39,965 nt of DNA from NCBI GenBank assembly GCA_045638125.1, contig JAZUAS010000094.1:1-39965 (forward strand), read 5' to 3'. The stretch comes from Eubacteriales bacterium (GTDB lineage Bacteria; Bacillota; Clostridia; Oscillospirales; CAG-272). The notes below the pieces were generated by a model that worked only from the letters and a program-made list of their open reading frames with translations, was not told where the DNA came from and did no database searches. A program made the translations under genes and the position numbers. Position 1 is the stretch's first letter. Each line of letters begins with the position of its first letter. Of this stretch, positions 1 to 9,492 are shown in pieces.

Positions 1-1505
1 CCGTGGTCAACGTGACCCATTACACAGACGACGGGAGCGCGTCCCTCGAGCTGCTCTTCGGTATCCTCTGTCTCGTCGAAGAGCTTCTCTTCGATGGTAA
101 CAACGACTGCCTTTTCGGGCTCTGCTCCGCACTCAACTGCAACAAGTGCCGCAGTATCGAAGTCGATGGTCTGGTTTGCGGTTGCCATAGCTCCCATGAG
201 CATAAGCTTCTTGATGACCTCTGCGGTAGTAACCTTGAGCATTGCCGCAAGATCGCTGACTACGATCTCCTCGGGAATCTGAACCTTCAAGGGGCCCTTG
301 ATGATAGTAACAGGCTGTTTGGGCTCATTCTTTCCGCCCTTTTTACCATTCTTGCCCTTGTTGCCTGCCCAACCGCCTTCTTGTCTGGTCTGGTTCTGCT
401 GCTTCTTGAGCTTCTGGTTGTTACCGTTTCTGAGGTCCCTCTCATTCTCGGAAACAAAGGTATCGAGCTTCTCGTCGTACTTGGAAAGGTCAACGCTTGA
501 AGAACGAATATCTACTGTCTTTGCCGCACCCTTCTTGCTACTTCCGTCGCCACCCTTGGGGGTCTGCGCTCTGACTATTGCCTGAGGCTGGAACTTCTCT
601 CTGGGAGCGGAAGGAACGTAATCGTCCTTATCCATTCCCATGCCCATACCGCCTCTGTTGTTATTGAACTGAGGCTTCTGCTGCTGACGGCGATCGTCTC
701 TCTTTTGAGGAGCCGCCTGTCTGTCAAAATTAGGAGCGCCCATGCGAGAGAAACGATCCTGCGACTGACCATTCTGGTTCTGGCCGCCCTGGGGCTTCTG
801 GAATCCGCCATTCTGACCTCCAAACGCAGGTCTATCCTGGCGAGGAGCTCTCTCGTCGGGTCTCTTTGTTGTATTGTTTTCAGGCTTTTTGCCCTCTTGA
901 GCCGCTCTCTGCATTGCCTTTTCTCTTGCAGCCTTTTCAATCGCAGCTGCGCGAGCAATAGCCTCGGCTCTGTCAACCTTGGGTTGAGTCTTTACCTGGG
1001 GTGCCGCAGGCTCGGGCTTAGCCTCTGCAACCTTCTTCTGTTCCTTGTTAGCCTCGGGAGCCGCCTTGGCAGCGACAGGCTCCTTGTTTTCGGATATGGG
1101 TGCAGCTTTAGACGCCGCAGGCTTCTTCTCGGTTTCTGCGGGCTTTTCTGCCTTTTTATCGGTCTTCTTTTCGGATTTCTTCTCGGATTTTGACACTTCT
1201 GCCGCACTGTCGGCAGGAGAAGGCTTAACCTCCGACTCCTTCTCTGCTGCAGGCGCCGCTGCGGGAGCAGGCTTCTTCTCCAGCTTTGAGGGAATGAAAG
1301 TCACTCCGTCTATATAATCGTCGATGCCCTCTATCTGGTGCGCCGCCGTGATTGCGTCAAAAAGGACGTCAAATTCATGAGGATCAAGAGATTTTTGAGT
1401 TTTAAGCTCGATTCCCTTTCCCGCCATGATGTCGACGATTTCCTTACTCTTAAGACCTAAGTCCTTTGCAAGTTGATTTGCTTTGATCTGAGGTTTTACT
1501 GCCAT
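1..1505 (-). CDS. infB: Translation initiation factor IF-2, N-terminal ~500 codons (3' end lies beyond the window start)
   Basis: It is not in the ORF track because no stop codon falls in the window. I checked the frame triplet by triplet: ATG at 1505-1503, then 501 sense codons down to nt 3. It starts MAVKPQIKANQLAKDLGLKSKEIVDIM (IF2 N-domain type). It ends ...EGRAPVVCVMGHVDHG, the start of the GTPase G1 motif. It sits downstream of ylxQ, as in the canonical operon. Confidence 0.9.
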   Translation of the reverse strand, partial: MAVKPQIKANQLAKDLGLKSKEIVDIMAGKGIELKTQKSLDPHEFDVLFDAITAAHQIEGIDDYIDGVTFIPSKLEKKPAPAAAPAAEKESEVKPSPADSAAEVSKSEKKSEKKTDKKAEKPAETEKKPAASKAAPISENKEPVAAKAAPEANKEQKKVAEAKPEPAAPQVKTQPKVDRAEAIARAAAIEKAAREKAMQRAAQEGKKPENNTTKRPDERAPRQDRPAFGGQNGGFQKPQGGQNQNGQSQDRFSRMGAPNFDRQAAPQKRDDRRQQQKPQFNNNRGGMGMGMDKDDYVPSAPREKFQPQAIVRAQTPKGGDGSSKKGAAKTVDIRSSSVDLSKYDEKLDTFVSENERDLRNGNNQKLKKQQNQTRQEGGWAGNKGKNGKKGGKNEPKQPVTIIKGPLKVQIPEEIVVSDLAAMLKVTTAEVIKKLMLMGAMATANQTIDFDTAALVAVECGAEPEKAVVVTIEEKLFDETEDTEEQLEGRAPVVCVMGHVDH

Positions 1506-1539
1506 AAATTATACCCATACCTTTCCGGTTTAGTGCATA

Positions 1540-1884
1540 TCAGCTCTCGCCAAGCTGACTTAGGATAGCCTTGCAAAAATTTTTGTCCGCTATCGCTACA
1601 GCCGCCGCCGTTTTCTTGCCTACCGCCTTGCCCAAGGTGGCGCAATCCGACTCGAGTCTTATATGCCTCACATTATAGAATATGCATTTGTCACTTATTT
1701 TTTTATGTGTGTTTTCGGACGTATCCGACGCCTCCAGCACTAAAATATCGGGTTTTTCTCCGCTCTTTGTTTTCTTAAAGCTGTGCTTTCTCAACTGCTC
1801 ACACACCATGTCGGTGCCGATAACGATTTTCCCCGCTCTTCGGCACATACCGACCACTCCCAAAAGATTTTTTTCGTCGCTCAT
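1540..1884 (-). CDS. ylxQ: L7Ae/YlxQ-family small RNA-binding protein
   Basis: A 114-aa ORF in the fixed ylxQ slot between ylxR and infB. Its start lies 1 nt after the ylxR stop. The family assignment rests on position and recollection of L7Ae-like sequence, not on a search. Confidence 0.75.
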   Translation of the reverse strand: MSDEKNLLGVVGMCRRAGKIVIGTDMVCEQLRKHSFKKTKSGEKPDILVLEASDTSENTHKKISDKCIFYNVRHIRLESDCATLGKAVGKKTAAAVAIADKNFCKAILSQLGES

Positions 1885-1885
1885 A

Positions 1886-2179
1886 TCAAAGCTCCGCCTC
1901 CGAAATGCTTTTCTCCATTTCGTCGTATATCTCCTCGGGAATCTTACATTCGAGAATATTTTCTATTCTCTTTGATTTTCTTGCCTTTGCAAAGCATGAT
2001 CTTGAGGGGCAAACGTATGCTCCTCTGCCCGATTTTTTACCAACGAGATCAAGAACTATCTCTCCCTCGGGTGTTCTCAGGACTCTGATCATTTCCTTTT
2101 TAGGCTTATGCTCGTTACAACCGAGGCACTGGCGCATCGGTATCTTACGAGGCTTTTGATTATTGTTTTCCATAATCAT
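1886..2179 (-). CDS. ylxR: YlxR/RnpM (DUF448) small nucleic-acid-binding protein
   Basis: Carries MRQCLGCNEHKPKKEMIRV...GRGAYVC, characteristic of YlxR, and lies directly downstream of nusA. The start is ambiguous (2173, 2179 or TTG 2182). Confidence 0.8.
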   Translation of the reverse strand: MIMENNNQKPRKIPMRQCLGCNEHKPKKEMIRVLRTPEGEIVLDLVGKKSGRGAYVCPSRSCFAKARKSKRIENILECKIPEEIYDEMEKSISEAEL

Positions 2180-2197
2180 CAAAATTAACGGTTACGA

Positions 2198-3250
2198 TTA
2201 CATTACGGGAGAGTTCTTTTCAAGACCCTCTGCGTTAATGTCGATCTTAACGCCTGTGAGCTTAACTGCGAGGCGCACGTTCTGACCCTTAGCACCGATA
2301 GCCAAAGAAAGCTGGTCGGGAGCAACGGTCACGCGGCACATTCTCTCGCTCTCCATCTCCGCAGAGATAACGGTTGCGGGAGAGAGTGCGCTTGCAACGT
2401 ACTCTTCAATATCCTCACTGTACTTGATAAGCTGGATCTTTTCGCCGCAGAGCTCGTCGAGAATGCTGTCGATTCTCATTCCGTGAGTACCGATACAAGC
2501 ACCAACTGCGTCAACGCTCTCGTCTCTGGAGTAAACTGCTACCTTAGTAGTAGAGCCTGCGTCACGAGCAACGCCCTTGATAACAACGATACCGTCTGCA
2601 ATTTCGGGGATCTCAAGCTCAAACATACGTCTGATAAATCCTGGATGTACTCTGGAAAGGGTTACGATAGGGCCGCGAAGCTCCTTGTTAACCTCCTGAA
2701 TGAATACCTTTATCTTGTCGCCGACCTCAAAATATTCGCCGGGAATCTGCTCGTTCTTAAGAAGAGTAGCATAGCCTGTTCCGGTGTCAAGAAGAACGTT
2801 TCCGGTCTCGTAATCGATCTTCTGAACGGTTGCGGTGATGATCTCCTCACGCTTGGACTCATATGCCTCCTGCATAGCTCTGTGCTCACCCTCTCTGATA
2901 CCCTGAATGATAACAGACTTTGCCGCAGCCGCACTGAGACGACGGAAGTTCTTGGTCTTAACCTCGAACTCAACGGTTCCGCCGAGAACGTTTCTCTTGC
3001 TTATTGCCTTTGCGTCAGCGAGCGAGATCTGGATTGCGGGATCCTCAACCACCTCAACGACCTCCTTCTGCTGGTAGACCTTAACATCTTCCTTAACGGG
3101 GTCGATATTGACGCGCACGTTGGTGTTGTTGCCATATTCCTTCTTGAATGCGGATACAAGCGCCGCCTCGATCTTTTCGATCATGTATTCCTGGGGAATT
3201 CCCTTTTCCGCTTCGAGCAGTCTGAGTGCTGCAAAAAACTCTTTGTTCAT
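2198..3250 (-). CDS. nusA: Transcription termination/antitermination factor NusA (short Firmicute form)
   Basis: 350 aa. It has an N-terminal NusA domain, an S1-like segment (GEYFEVGDKIKVFIQEV) and two KH GXXG loops (GACIGTHGMRI, LAIGAKGQNVRL). It lies between rimP and ylxR. Confidence 0.95.
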   Translation of the reverse strand: MNKEFFAALRLLEAEKGIPQEYMIEKIEAALVSAFKKEYGNNTNVRVNIDPVKEDVKVYQQKEVVEVVEDPAIQISLADAKAISKRNVLGGTVEFEVKTKNFRRLSAAAAKSVIIQGIREGEHRAMQEAYESKREEIITATVQKIDYETGNVLLDTGTGYATLLKNEQIPGEYFEVGDKIKVFIQEVNKELRGPIVTLSRVHPGFIRRMFELEIPEIADGIVVIKGVARDAGSTTKVAVYSRDESVDAVGACIGTHGMRIDSILDELCGEKIQLIKYSEDIEEYVASALSPATVISAEMESERMCRVTVAPDQLSLAIGAKGQNVRLAVKLTGVKIDINAEGLEKNSPVM

Positions 3251-3290
3251 TGATCAATTTATCCTTTCAATCATTTAGAAACTAAAATAA

Positions 3291-3773
3291 TTACATCTTA
3301 CCGAAATCGAAATAGGTTGCTACCTTCGCGATTTCATCGGGCTTAAACGCCATCTTGTCGGACCCGAGCTCGATAACGATATTGCCGTCCTCGTCGTATC
3401 CGCAAAGAACTCCGCGGAATGCCTTAGAACCATTCTTGGGTGCGTAAAGCTTTACTTCAACGTCCCAGCCCTCACAAGCGTCGATATGCTCGGGTGTCTT
3501 AAGCTCGCGCTCGATACCGGGGGAGGACACCTCAAGAATGTACGCCTCGCTTATGGGATCTGCCTCATCAAGGATAGGGTCTATTGCGCGATGGAATTTC
3601 TCACAATCCTCAATAGTAATGCCGTCCTCGTTGTCGATAGTTATTCTCAGATACTTATCGGCTCCCTCTTTGACGAATTCCACGTCCCAAAGCCAATAAC
3701 CCATCTCTTCAGCCATGGGCTTGATCAGCTCCTTAACGGTAGAAGCTATATTCTTATTTCCGTTAGCTTTCAT
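3291..3773 (-). CDS. rimP: Ribosome maturation factor RimP
   Basis: Carries the LEVSSPGIERELK signature. ATG 3773 is preceded by GAGGAG about 10 nt upstream. The longer ORF-track start (3824) has no RBS and lies in the leader. Confidence 0.85.
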   Translation of the reverse strand: MKANGNKNIASTVKELIKPMAEEMGYWLWDVEFVKEGADKYLRITIDNEDGITIEDCEKFHRAIDPILDEADPISEAYILEVSSPGIERELKTPEHIDACEGWDVEVKLYAPKNGSKAFRGVLCGYDEDGNIVIELGSDKMAFKPDEIAKVATYFDFGKM

Positions 3774-3822
3774 AAAAAAATCGGACTCCTCTCTTGCCGT
3801 AAAGTTTAAATGAAATACCGAC

Positions 3823-3854
3823 AAAATTTAAGAGTGGATCCTCGAACCCACTCC
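3823..3854 (-). promoter_or_regulatory. Leader hairpin plus U-rich tail upstream of rimP (possible attenuator / rimP-leader-like element)
   Basis: The minus-strand RNA reads GGAGTGG-gttcgaggat-CCACTCT followed by UAAAUUUU. It lies between the predicted promoter and the rimP RBS. Confidence 0.35.
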
Positions 3855-3877
3855 AGCTTACATTATACACTGTAGGA

Positions 3878-3906
3878 ATTATATCACATTTTTTGGGAAA
3901 TTGCAA
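3878..3906 (-). promoter_or_regulatory. Sigma-A-type promoter of the rimP-nusA-infB operon
   Basis: Minus strand: TTGCAA, 17-nt spacer, TGa-TATAAT. Confidence 0.5.
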
Positions 3907-4052
3907 TACTTTTTTGAAATTTTCTTCATTATTTTTCGTTTTTTGTTCAAAAGATCAGTTTTTTATTGTGCTCTGCACCTATTATTGTGCGGTTCAGTCA
4001 ATTTCTATCTACTTAAAATCCTTTATAAATAAATAAAAATTTGGAAATAGTA

Positions 4053-4081
4053 TTTACAAAGCCAGAGATATGTGATATAAT
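4053..4081 (+). promoter_or_regulatory. Sigma-A-type promoter of the yybS-gdpP-rplI-dnaB operon
   Basis: TTTACA, 17-nt spacer, TGa-TATAAT. It is divergent from the rimP promoter. Confidence 0.55.
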
Positions 4082-4153
4082 GTTATAATGTAGTATTATG
4101 CGAAGTGTTTCCGCGCAAACCCCATCGATCGTTTTTTGGAAAGGAGGATCATT

Positions 4154-5374
4154 ATGAGCATCAAAGACAGAAATGCACAGGTCGAGCTAAACCAAGACTT
4201 AGGCTGCTTGGAGCAAAGCGCAAATGCAACTCTGCCCACGCGCATCGCGATCATTCTCGCGCTCACCGTCTTTTGTACCTCTCTGACCTTCTCCTTCACC
4301 GCCGCAGGACTTGCCGACGCGGCCACAGCCGTATCATGGGCCGCTTGCGTGCTTTGCTCCGTAGTCATGTTCATGACCTCGCACAGATTTTCCCAAGCAA
4401 TTTGGAAAACGATCGCTCTTGGGCTGACGCTTTCGCTTTTCTCTTACCCGATCATTCCCGCCATGCTTTTCGGCAGTATAATCTCCATGGGTGCTATCTC
4501 GGCGCTTATATGCTCCGCAAATAAACAGCGAGCATTGATCCCTATACTACTCCCCGTAATATCCTACACAATATCCTTGGCGGTAACCACTGACCCCTTG
4601 CTCTCTTTGATCACCCTGATTATTTATTTGCCTGCACTTCCCATGGGTCTTACGTCAAGACGGGGTGCGAGCATGACTTCAACGATACTTTCATGCGCCG
4701 CCGTCATTTTCGGAATATTTGCAGGATTTGCGGCACTGATACTATACGCATACTACGGCAGTGTATCCGTCGAAGCGGCAAACGCGCTGATCGACGATTT
4801 TACTGCACTTACCATATATTATTCCGAGCAGAGCTTTGCCCAGCTTGGTTACATCGAATTTGACGAATCCATGAAAAAGGCGCTGATACTCTCGATAGAC
4901 GCATACGTCAATGCCGCCGTGGGTATCGTTATGGCGCTGTCTGCCTGCTCGGCTTACGCAGCACTGAAGCTTCAGCACAATCTGTTTGCGGCATACGGAC
5001 TCGACGCGCATCTTTCACCGAAGGCAACGAACCTTACGGTCAGCGTGGCGGCATCGGCTATATTTGCCTCAGCTCACGTCATGTCATTTGCCGTCGACTC
5101 CACAAACCGCATTTCAATAACCGGAATCGTCTGCGCAAACATTTGTATAGCCCTGGCCCCCGGACTTGCCATGATGGGCATTAAAGCCATCAAGGCTCTC
5201 CCCCTGCGTTTCGGAATAAAGGGTGTTCTTATCTCGATAGCAATCGTGGCGGCTGTTATCTTTCTGTTTGCTGCCTCGCCCCTGCTTTTGCCTCTGGTCG
5301 GTGCCATCTACGTTATAATCGGAGCAGTAGACCTCTGGGCAAAGGACTTTTACGGAAAAGGAGAACGTCAATGA
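4154..5374 (+). CDS. YybS-like polytopic membrane protein (DUF2232-type)
   Basis: Contains many hydrophobic segments. It occupies the slot immediately upstream of gdpP, as yybS does in Bacillus. AAGGAGG lies 6 nt before ATG 4154. Its stop overlaps the gdpP start (ATGA). Confidence 0.7.
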   Translation: MSIKDRNAQVELNQDLGCLEQSANATLPTRIAIILALTVFCTSLTFSFTAAGLADAATAVSWAACVLCSVVMFMTSHRFSQAIWKTIALGLTLSLFSYPIIPAMLFGSIISMGAISALICSANKQRALIPILLPVISYTISLAVTTDPLLSLITLIIYLPALPMGLTSRRGASMTSTILSCAAVIFGIFAGFAALILYAYYGSVSVEAANALIDDFTALTIYYSEQSFAQLGYIEFDESMKKALILSIDAYVNAAVGIVMALSACSAYAALKLQHNLFAAYGLDAHLSPKATNLTVSVAASAIFASAHVMSFAVDSTNRISITGIVCANICIALAPGLAMMGIKAIKALPLRFGIKGVLISIAIVAAVIFLFAASPLLLPLVGAIYVIIGAVDLWAKDFYGKGERQ

Positions 5375-7557
5375 GCATTAAATCCCCTTCACGCAATAAA
5401 AACACAGACCAGAATCGCCGTATGTCGAGATTCAGCGTCGATCTCACCTTCCCCATGATCTTCTGCGTCTTCGAGGCAATACTGCTTTTCGGACTTCTCG
5501 CAGTTCTTGAACGCATTTTTAATTTCGAGCATAGCGAGCTTGAGTTACCGACTGTGCTTCTTGCGTTTCTTGGCATATATCTCGCAAGTGCGGGATTTGT
5601 ATGCATATTCTATCTTGTCAGATATATTAAGGCTAAAAAAGCTCAAGAGGAAGCCGGACAGATAGAAACCGAGATATATGATATGTTCCGCTACATTATA
5701 GACTTTCCCTATGCGATCATTGACCGCGACGGAAAGGTAAAGGTAATGAACGGCGCACTGCAGGATATTCTCGGCTACAAAAAAGCGGTCAGCGGAATTT
5801 CACTCTCGACATTCTGCTCGGTTCCCATGCAGGTAATAGCCGCCAACGCAAAGAACAAGGACTCATATATTAACGAAACCATATACGATCTCCCCGGAGA
5901 CTCTGCCATAGATCAGATCGCCGTCACACGTCTCTCCGACGGCAGAAGATACGAGGTAGTTCCCTACGTATTCAAGGTCAGAGGCGAAAATTATTTCTTC
6001 GCAGTATTCAAGGACACCGAGGAATATCTCTCCGTGCTTGAACGAGAGGAGAGCGAGGGCTCGGTAGTAGCATACATCGTTCTCGACAACCTCCAGGAGC
6101 TTACCCAGTACGTACGAGCAGATTACCGTCTCGCTTCCACAGAGGCAGAGAATATAATCAAATCCTGGGTCGAGGAAATGAACGGATTTATGCGAGAATA
6201 CGATAACGACAAGTACGTTGCCGTATTCACCAAAAAAGAGCTTGACAAGCAGATGCTTCAGGACTTCGACATTCAAAGAAAAATAATGTCTCTTAAAATC
6301 GGAGACAACAGCTTCCCCGTTACCGTTTCCATGGGTATCGCATCTGTTGGCGCCACTCTTAGGGAAAAGGAAAAGGCGGCGTTCGATGCTCTCAACATCG
6401 CTATCCAGCGCGGAGGAAATCAGGTAGCCATTAGGCGAGAGGACCTCACCGGATACTCATTCTTCGGTGGAACTCATAAAACCATGGAGAACAACACATC
6501 CATCGTTTCCAGAGTCAGCGGAGAGATACTTGAAAAGCAGATCGCCGAGGCATCGGGTATACTTATCATGGGACACTCAAACCCCGACTTTGACTCTATC
6601 GGCTCTTGCGTAGGCATGGCAAGATTCGCAATGTCGGTCATAAACCGCGCCCATGCCGACAAAGATCCCGCAGACCGCCCCAAGGTAAACGTGGTCATCA
6701 ACAAAAACACAGAATCCTTCAAGACCTGCTACGCACAGCTTGAGCCTCTCGGTGTTTACGAGGACGTATTTATCAGCGGCGAGGATGCAAGAGACCTTAT
6801 TACGGGAGACACGGTGCTTATCATTTGCGACGTTAACAATCCCTTTATCTTCGAATCCGGCGAGCTTGCAAAAACGATTTCCAAGATAGCAGTTCTTGAC
6901 CATCACCGCCTCGCCGCCGCACTTCCCTTTGATCCATTCCTCCAGTATATTGAAGCAACAAAATCTTCAGCCAGCGAAATCGTGGCGGAGATACTTTTCA
7001 GAAGCAGCTATGCCGATCAGCTTCACAAGGAGGAGGCAGAGGTACTGCTCTCCGGCATTATGCTCGACACCAACAACTATACAAGAAACGCAGGAGCACA
7101 GACTTTTGAGATAACTCACTACCTCTATACCAGAGGCGCGCATACCGGTGTTGTGCGCGAGTTCTTTAACGAAAGCCTTGACGAGCTGATGCTCACGGGC
7201 GAATTTGAATCCAAGGTACGCATCTACCGTGATTCGGTTGCCATCACTTGGATGGCGCTCGACCGCCCCTCCACCCCCGAGGACAGAATAGTTGCGTCCA
7301 AGGTTGCGGACAAGCTTCTTAACATAAAGGGGGTTGAAGCATCCTTTGCTCTCGTACGCATGGACAACGACGTAGTTATTTCGGGTCGAAGCAAAGGCGG
7401 CATAAACGTCCAGCTCATTCTCGAAAGACTTAAGGGCGGCGGCCACTTTGATATTGCCGGCGCGCAGGTTCGCAACTCAAGCCTTACTAAGACATTTGAG
7501 ATGCTTAAGGACGCGATCGACGATTATTTCGAATACGATCACAAGCACAAATCATAA
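5371..7557 (+). CDS. gdpP: GdpP-type cyclic-di-AMP phosphodiesterase (TM-PAS-degenerate GGDEF-DHH/DHHA1)
   Basis: 728 aa with two N-terminal TM helices. DHH motifs are [15 protein letters not shown] and LDHH, and the DHHA1 motif is GGGH. Synteny with rplI and dnaB supports the call. Confidence 0.9.
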   Translation: MSIKSPSRNKNTDQNRRMSRFSVDLTFPMIFCVFEAILLFGLLAVLERIFNFEHSELELPTVLLAFLGIYLASAGFVCIFYLVRYIKAKKAQEEAGQIETEIYDMFRYIIDFPYAIIDRDGKVKVMNGALQDILGYKKAVSGISLSTFCSVPMQVIAANAKNKDSYINETIYDLPGDSAIDQIAVTRLSDGRRYEVVPYVFKVRGENYFFAVFKDTEEYLSVLEREESEGSVVAYIVLDNLQELTQYVRADYRLASTEAENIIKSWVEEMNGFMREYDNDKYVAVFTKKELDKQMLQDFDIQRKIMSLKIGDNSFPVTVSMGIASVGATLREKEKAAFDALNIAIQRGGNQVAIRREDLTGYSFFGGTHKTMENNTSIVSRVSGEILEKQIAEASGILIMGHSNPDFDSIGSCVGMARFAMSVINRAHADKDPADRPKVNVVINKNTESFKTCYAQLEPLGVYEDVFISGEDARDLITGDTVLIICDVNNPFIFESGELAKTISKIAVLDHHRLAAALPFDPFLQYIEATKSSASEIVAEILFRSSYADQLHKEEAEVLLSGIMLDTNNYTRNAGAQTFEITHYLYTRGAHTGVVREFFNESLDELMLTGEFESKVRIYRDSVAITWMALDRPSTPEDRIVASKVADKLLNIKGVEASFALVRMDNDVVISGRSKGGINVQLILERLKGGGHFDIAGAQVRNSSLTKTFEMLKDAIDDYFEYDHKHKS

Positions 7558-7585
7558 ACAAAACTTAATCACAGGAGAATTTATT

Positions 7586-8032
7586 ATGAAGGTATTACTT
7601 TTAGCTGACGTTAAGGGTCAGGGCAAAAAAGATCAGATAGTTGAGGTATCCGACGGATACGCGCGCAATTTCCTTTTCCCCAAGAAGCTGGCAGTTGCCG
7701 CTGACGCAAAGGTCATGAGCGAGGCAAAGAGCAAGGACGAGGCAAAACAGTTCCGTCTCAAGGAGGAAAAGGCGGCGGCGAAGGCGCTTGCAGAAAAGCT
7801 GACCACCCTTACCGTAAAGATCACCGCATCCTCGGGTGCTGACGGCCGTCTCTACGGTTCTGTAACGTCTAAGGATATTGCCGAGGCACTTGCCGCGCAG
7901 CACGGAATAGATATTGATAAGAGAAAGCTTATCCTTTCTGAGAACGTTAAATCCTACGGCACCTACAACGTAGACGTCAAGGTTTATCCCGAGATCAGCG
8001 GAACACTCAAGGTAGTCGTTACCGACAAATAA
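7586..8032 (+). CDS. rplI: 50S ribosomal protein L9
   Basis: Starts [36 protein letters not shown]. An AGGAG RBS precedes ATG 7586. The N-terminal extension in the ORF track is spurious. Confidence 0.95.
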   Translation: MKVLLLADVKGQGKKDQIVEVSDGYARNFLFPKKLAVAADAKVMSEAKSKDEAKQFRLKEEKAAAKALAEKLTTLTVKITASSGADGRLYGSVTSKDIAEALAAQHGIDIDKRKLILSENVKSYGTYNVDVKVYPEISGTLKVVVTDK

Positions 8033-8083
8033 TCTAAGACATACCCTACCAAAGGCAAATTAAATTTTAAATTGGAGAAAATA

Positions 8084-9442
8084 ATGGCTGAAGATATTAT
8101 CAGAAAGCTGCCCTTCTCTGCCATCGCAGAGCAGTCTCTTTTAGGCTCTATACTTATCGATCCGCAGTCGATAAACCTTATAGCGGACACTATATCCTCT
8201 GACGACTTTTATCTTGAGGAGCATAAGCAGATCTATCTCGCTATGCACGGACTTTTCGTCACTAACAGTCAGATAGATATAGTAACTCTTATCGACGAGC
8301 TTGTTAAAAAGGGCATTTACTCAAAATCGGGCGGCGAGGAATATATAAAGGTGATCGCGCAGACCGTCCCCAACGCGCTCAACGTCAAGGATTATGCAAA
8401 GATAGTCAAGGACAAGAGCATTCTCCGCCAGCTTATCGGCATGTGCGGCGAGGTATCCGATGCGGCGTATTCCGAGCAGGATGAGGTTGCGGGAATCATC
8501 GAATCGGCTCAAAGCAAGCTTTATGCAATAACTCAGGGACGAGAGACCAAGAATTTCCGTCACATCCGCGAAGTGCTTACAGACGTATACGCACATCTTA
8601 ACGCCATGCGTACCGACCCCGAATCGTCTGCCGGAACGTCGACCGGCTTCCGCTCTCTTGACAGAGTGCTTGCAGGCATGGGCAACTCCGACCTGGTTAT
8701 CGTCGGAGCGCGTCCCGGTATGGGTAAGACCTCGTTCTGTCTTAATATAGGAACAAATGTAGCAAAGCAGACCAAGAAGGCTGTTGCTATCTTCTCTCTT
8801 GAGATGTCGGCAGAGCAGCTTGTAAGCCGTGTCATTTCGAGCGAGGCGCTGATCGACAGCTACGCTCTCCGTACGGGCGAACTCAAGCCCGAGGAGTGGG
8901 GACACATCGCTCAGGCGGCATCGGCTCTTTCGGGATGCGATATTCTTATCGACGATACCCCCGGTATTTCGGTCACGAAGATGAAGGCAAAGCTTCGCCG
9001 TGTAGAAAACCTCGGTCTTGTCGTCATAGACTATCTCCAGCTTATGCAGTCTGACAAAAAGATAGAAAACAGAACTCAAGAGGTCTCCGAGATCTCCCGT
9101 TCTCTGAAAATACTCGCAAAAGAACTGAACGTTCCCGTCATCTGCTGCTCTCAGCTCTCGCGTGGAACCGAGGCTGGCACTAACAAGCGTCCTATGCTCT
9201 CTCACCTGCGTGAATCGGGTTCTATCGAGCAGGATGCGGACGTTATCATCTTCCTCTACCGTGACGAATATTACAAGAACGCCGAGGGTGGCGACAGTGT
9301 TGCCCCCGACACCGAGCAGAACGTTGCGGAAATTATCGTTGCAAAGAACCGTCATGGCTCTACCGACACGGTTAAGGTCGGTTGGACCGGCAGATATACC
9401 AAGTTCCGCGAGCTGGTCAACGAGTCGGATCTTCCCCAATAA
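8084..9442 (+). CDS. dnaB: Replicative DNA helicase (DnaB family)
   Basis: Walker A is GARPGMGKTSF and Walker B is LVVIDYLQLM; it also carries SQLSR and RESGSIEQDADV. ATG 8084 is preceded by GGAGA, with TTG 8072 as an alternative start. Its size does not suggest an intein. Confidence 0.95.
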   Translation: MAEDIIRKLPFSAIAEQSLLGSILIDPQSINLIADTISSDDFYLEEHKQIYLAMHGLFVTNSQIDIVTLIDELVKKGIYSKSGGEEYIKVIAQTVPNALNVKDYAKIVKDKSILRQLIGMCGEVSDAAYSEQDEVAGIIESAQSKLYAITQGRETKNFRHIREVLTDVYAHLNAMRTDPESSAGTSTGFRSLDRVLAGMGNSDLVIVGARPGMGKTSFCLNIGTNVAKQTKKAVAIFSLEMSAEQLVSRVISSEALIDSYALRTGELKPEEWGHIAQAASALSGCDILIDDTPGISVTKMKAKLRRVENLGLVVIDYLQLMQSDKKIENRTQEVSEISRSLKILAKELNVPVICCSQLSRGTEAGTNKRPMLSHLRESGSIEQDADVIIFLYRDEYYKNAEGGDSVAPDTEQNVAEIIVAKNRHGSTDTVKVGWTGRYTKFRELVNESDLPQ

Positions 9443-9492
9443 GAGTTCTGCGCCTTTATTTACACAATCAATTAAGGTATCGGATATCATTT

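Noticed and set aside
3-1317. Several 60-165-aa ORFs on both strands listed by the track in the first 1.3 kb
   Set aside because: All overlap the verified open infB frame (501 codons without a stop). They arise from the repetitive coding sequence.
2483-3253. 256-aa ORF antisense to nusA
   Set aside because: It lies entirely inside nusA on the other strand and has no independent signals.
8321-9490. 389-aa ORF antisense to dnaB
   Set aside because: The opposite strand encodes a complete DnaB helicase with all Walker and helicase motifs. The antisense translation is low-complexity (R/L/S-rich) with no motif or RBS, a typical shadow ORF.
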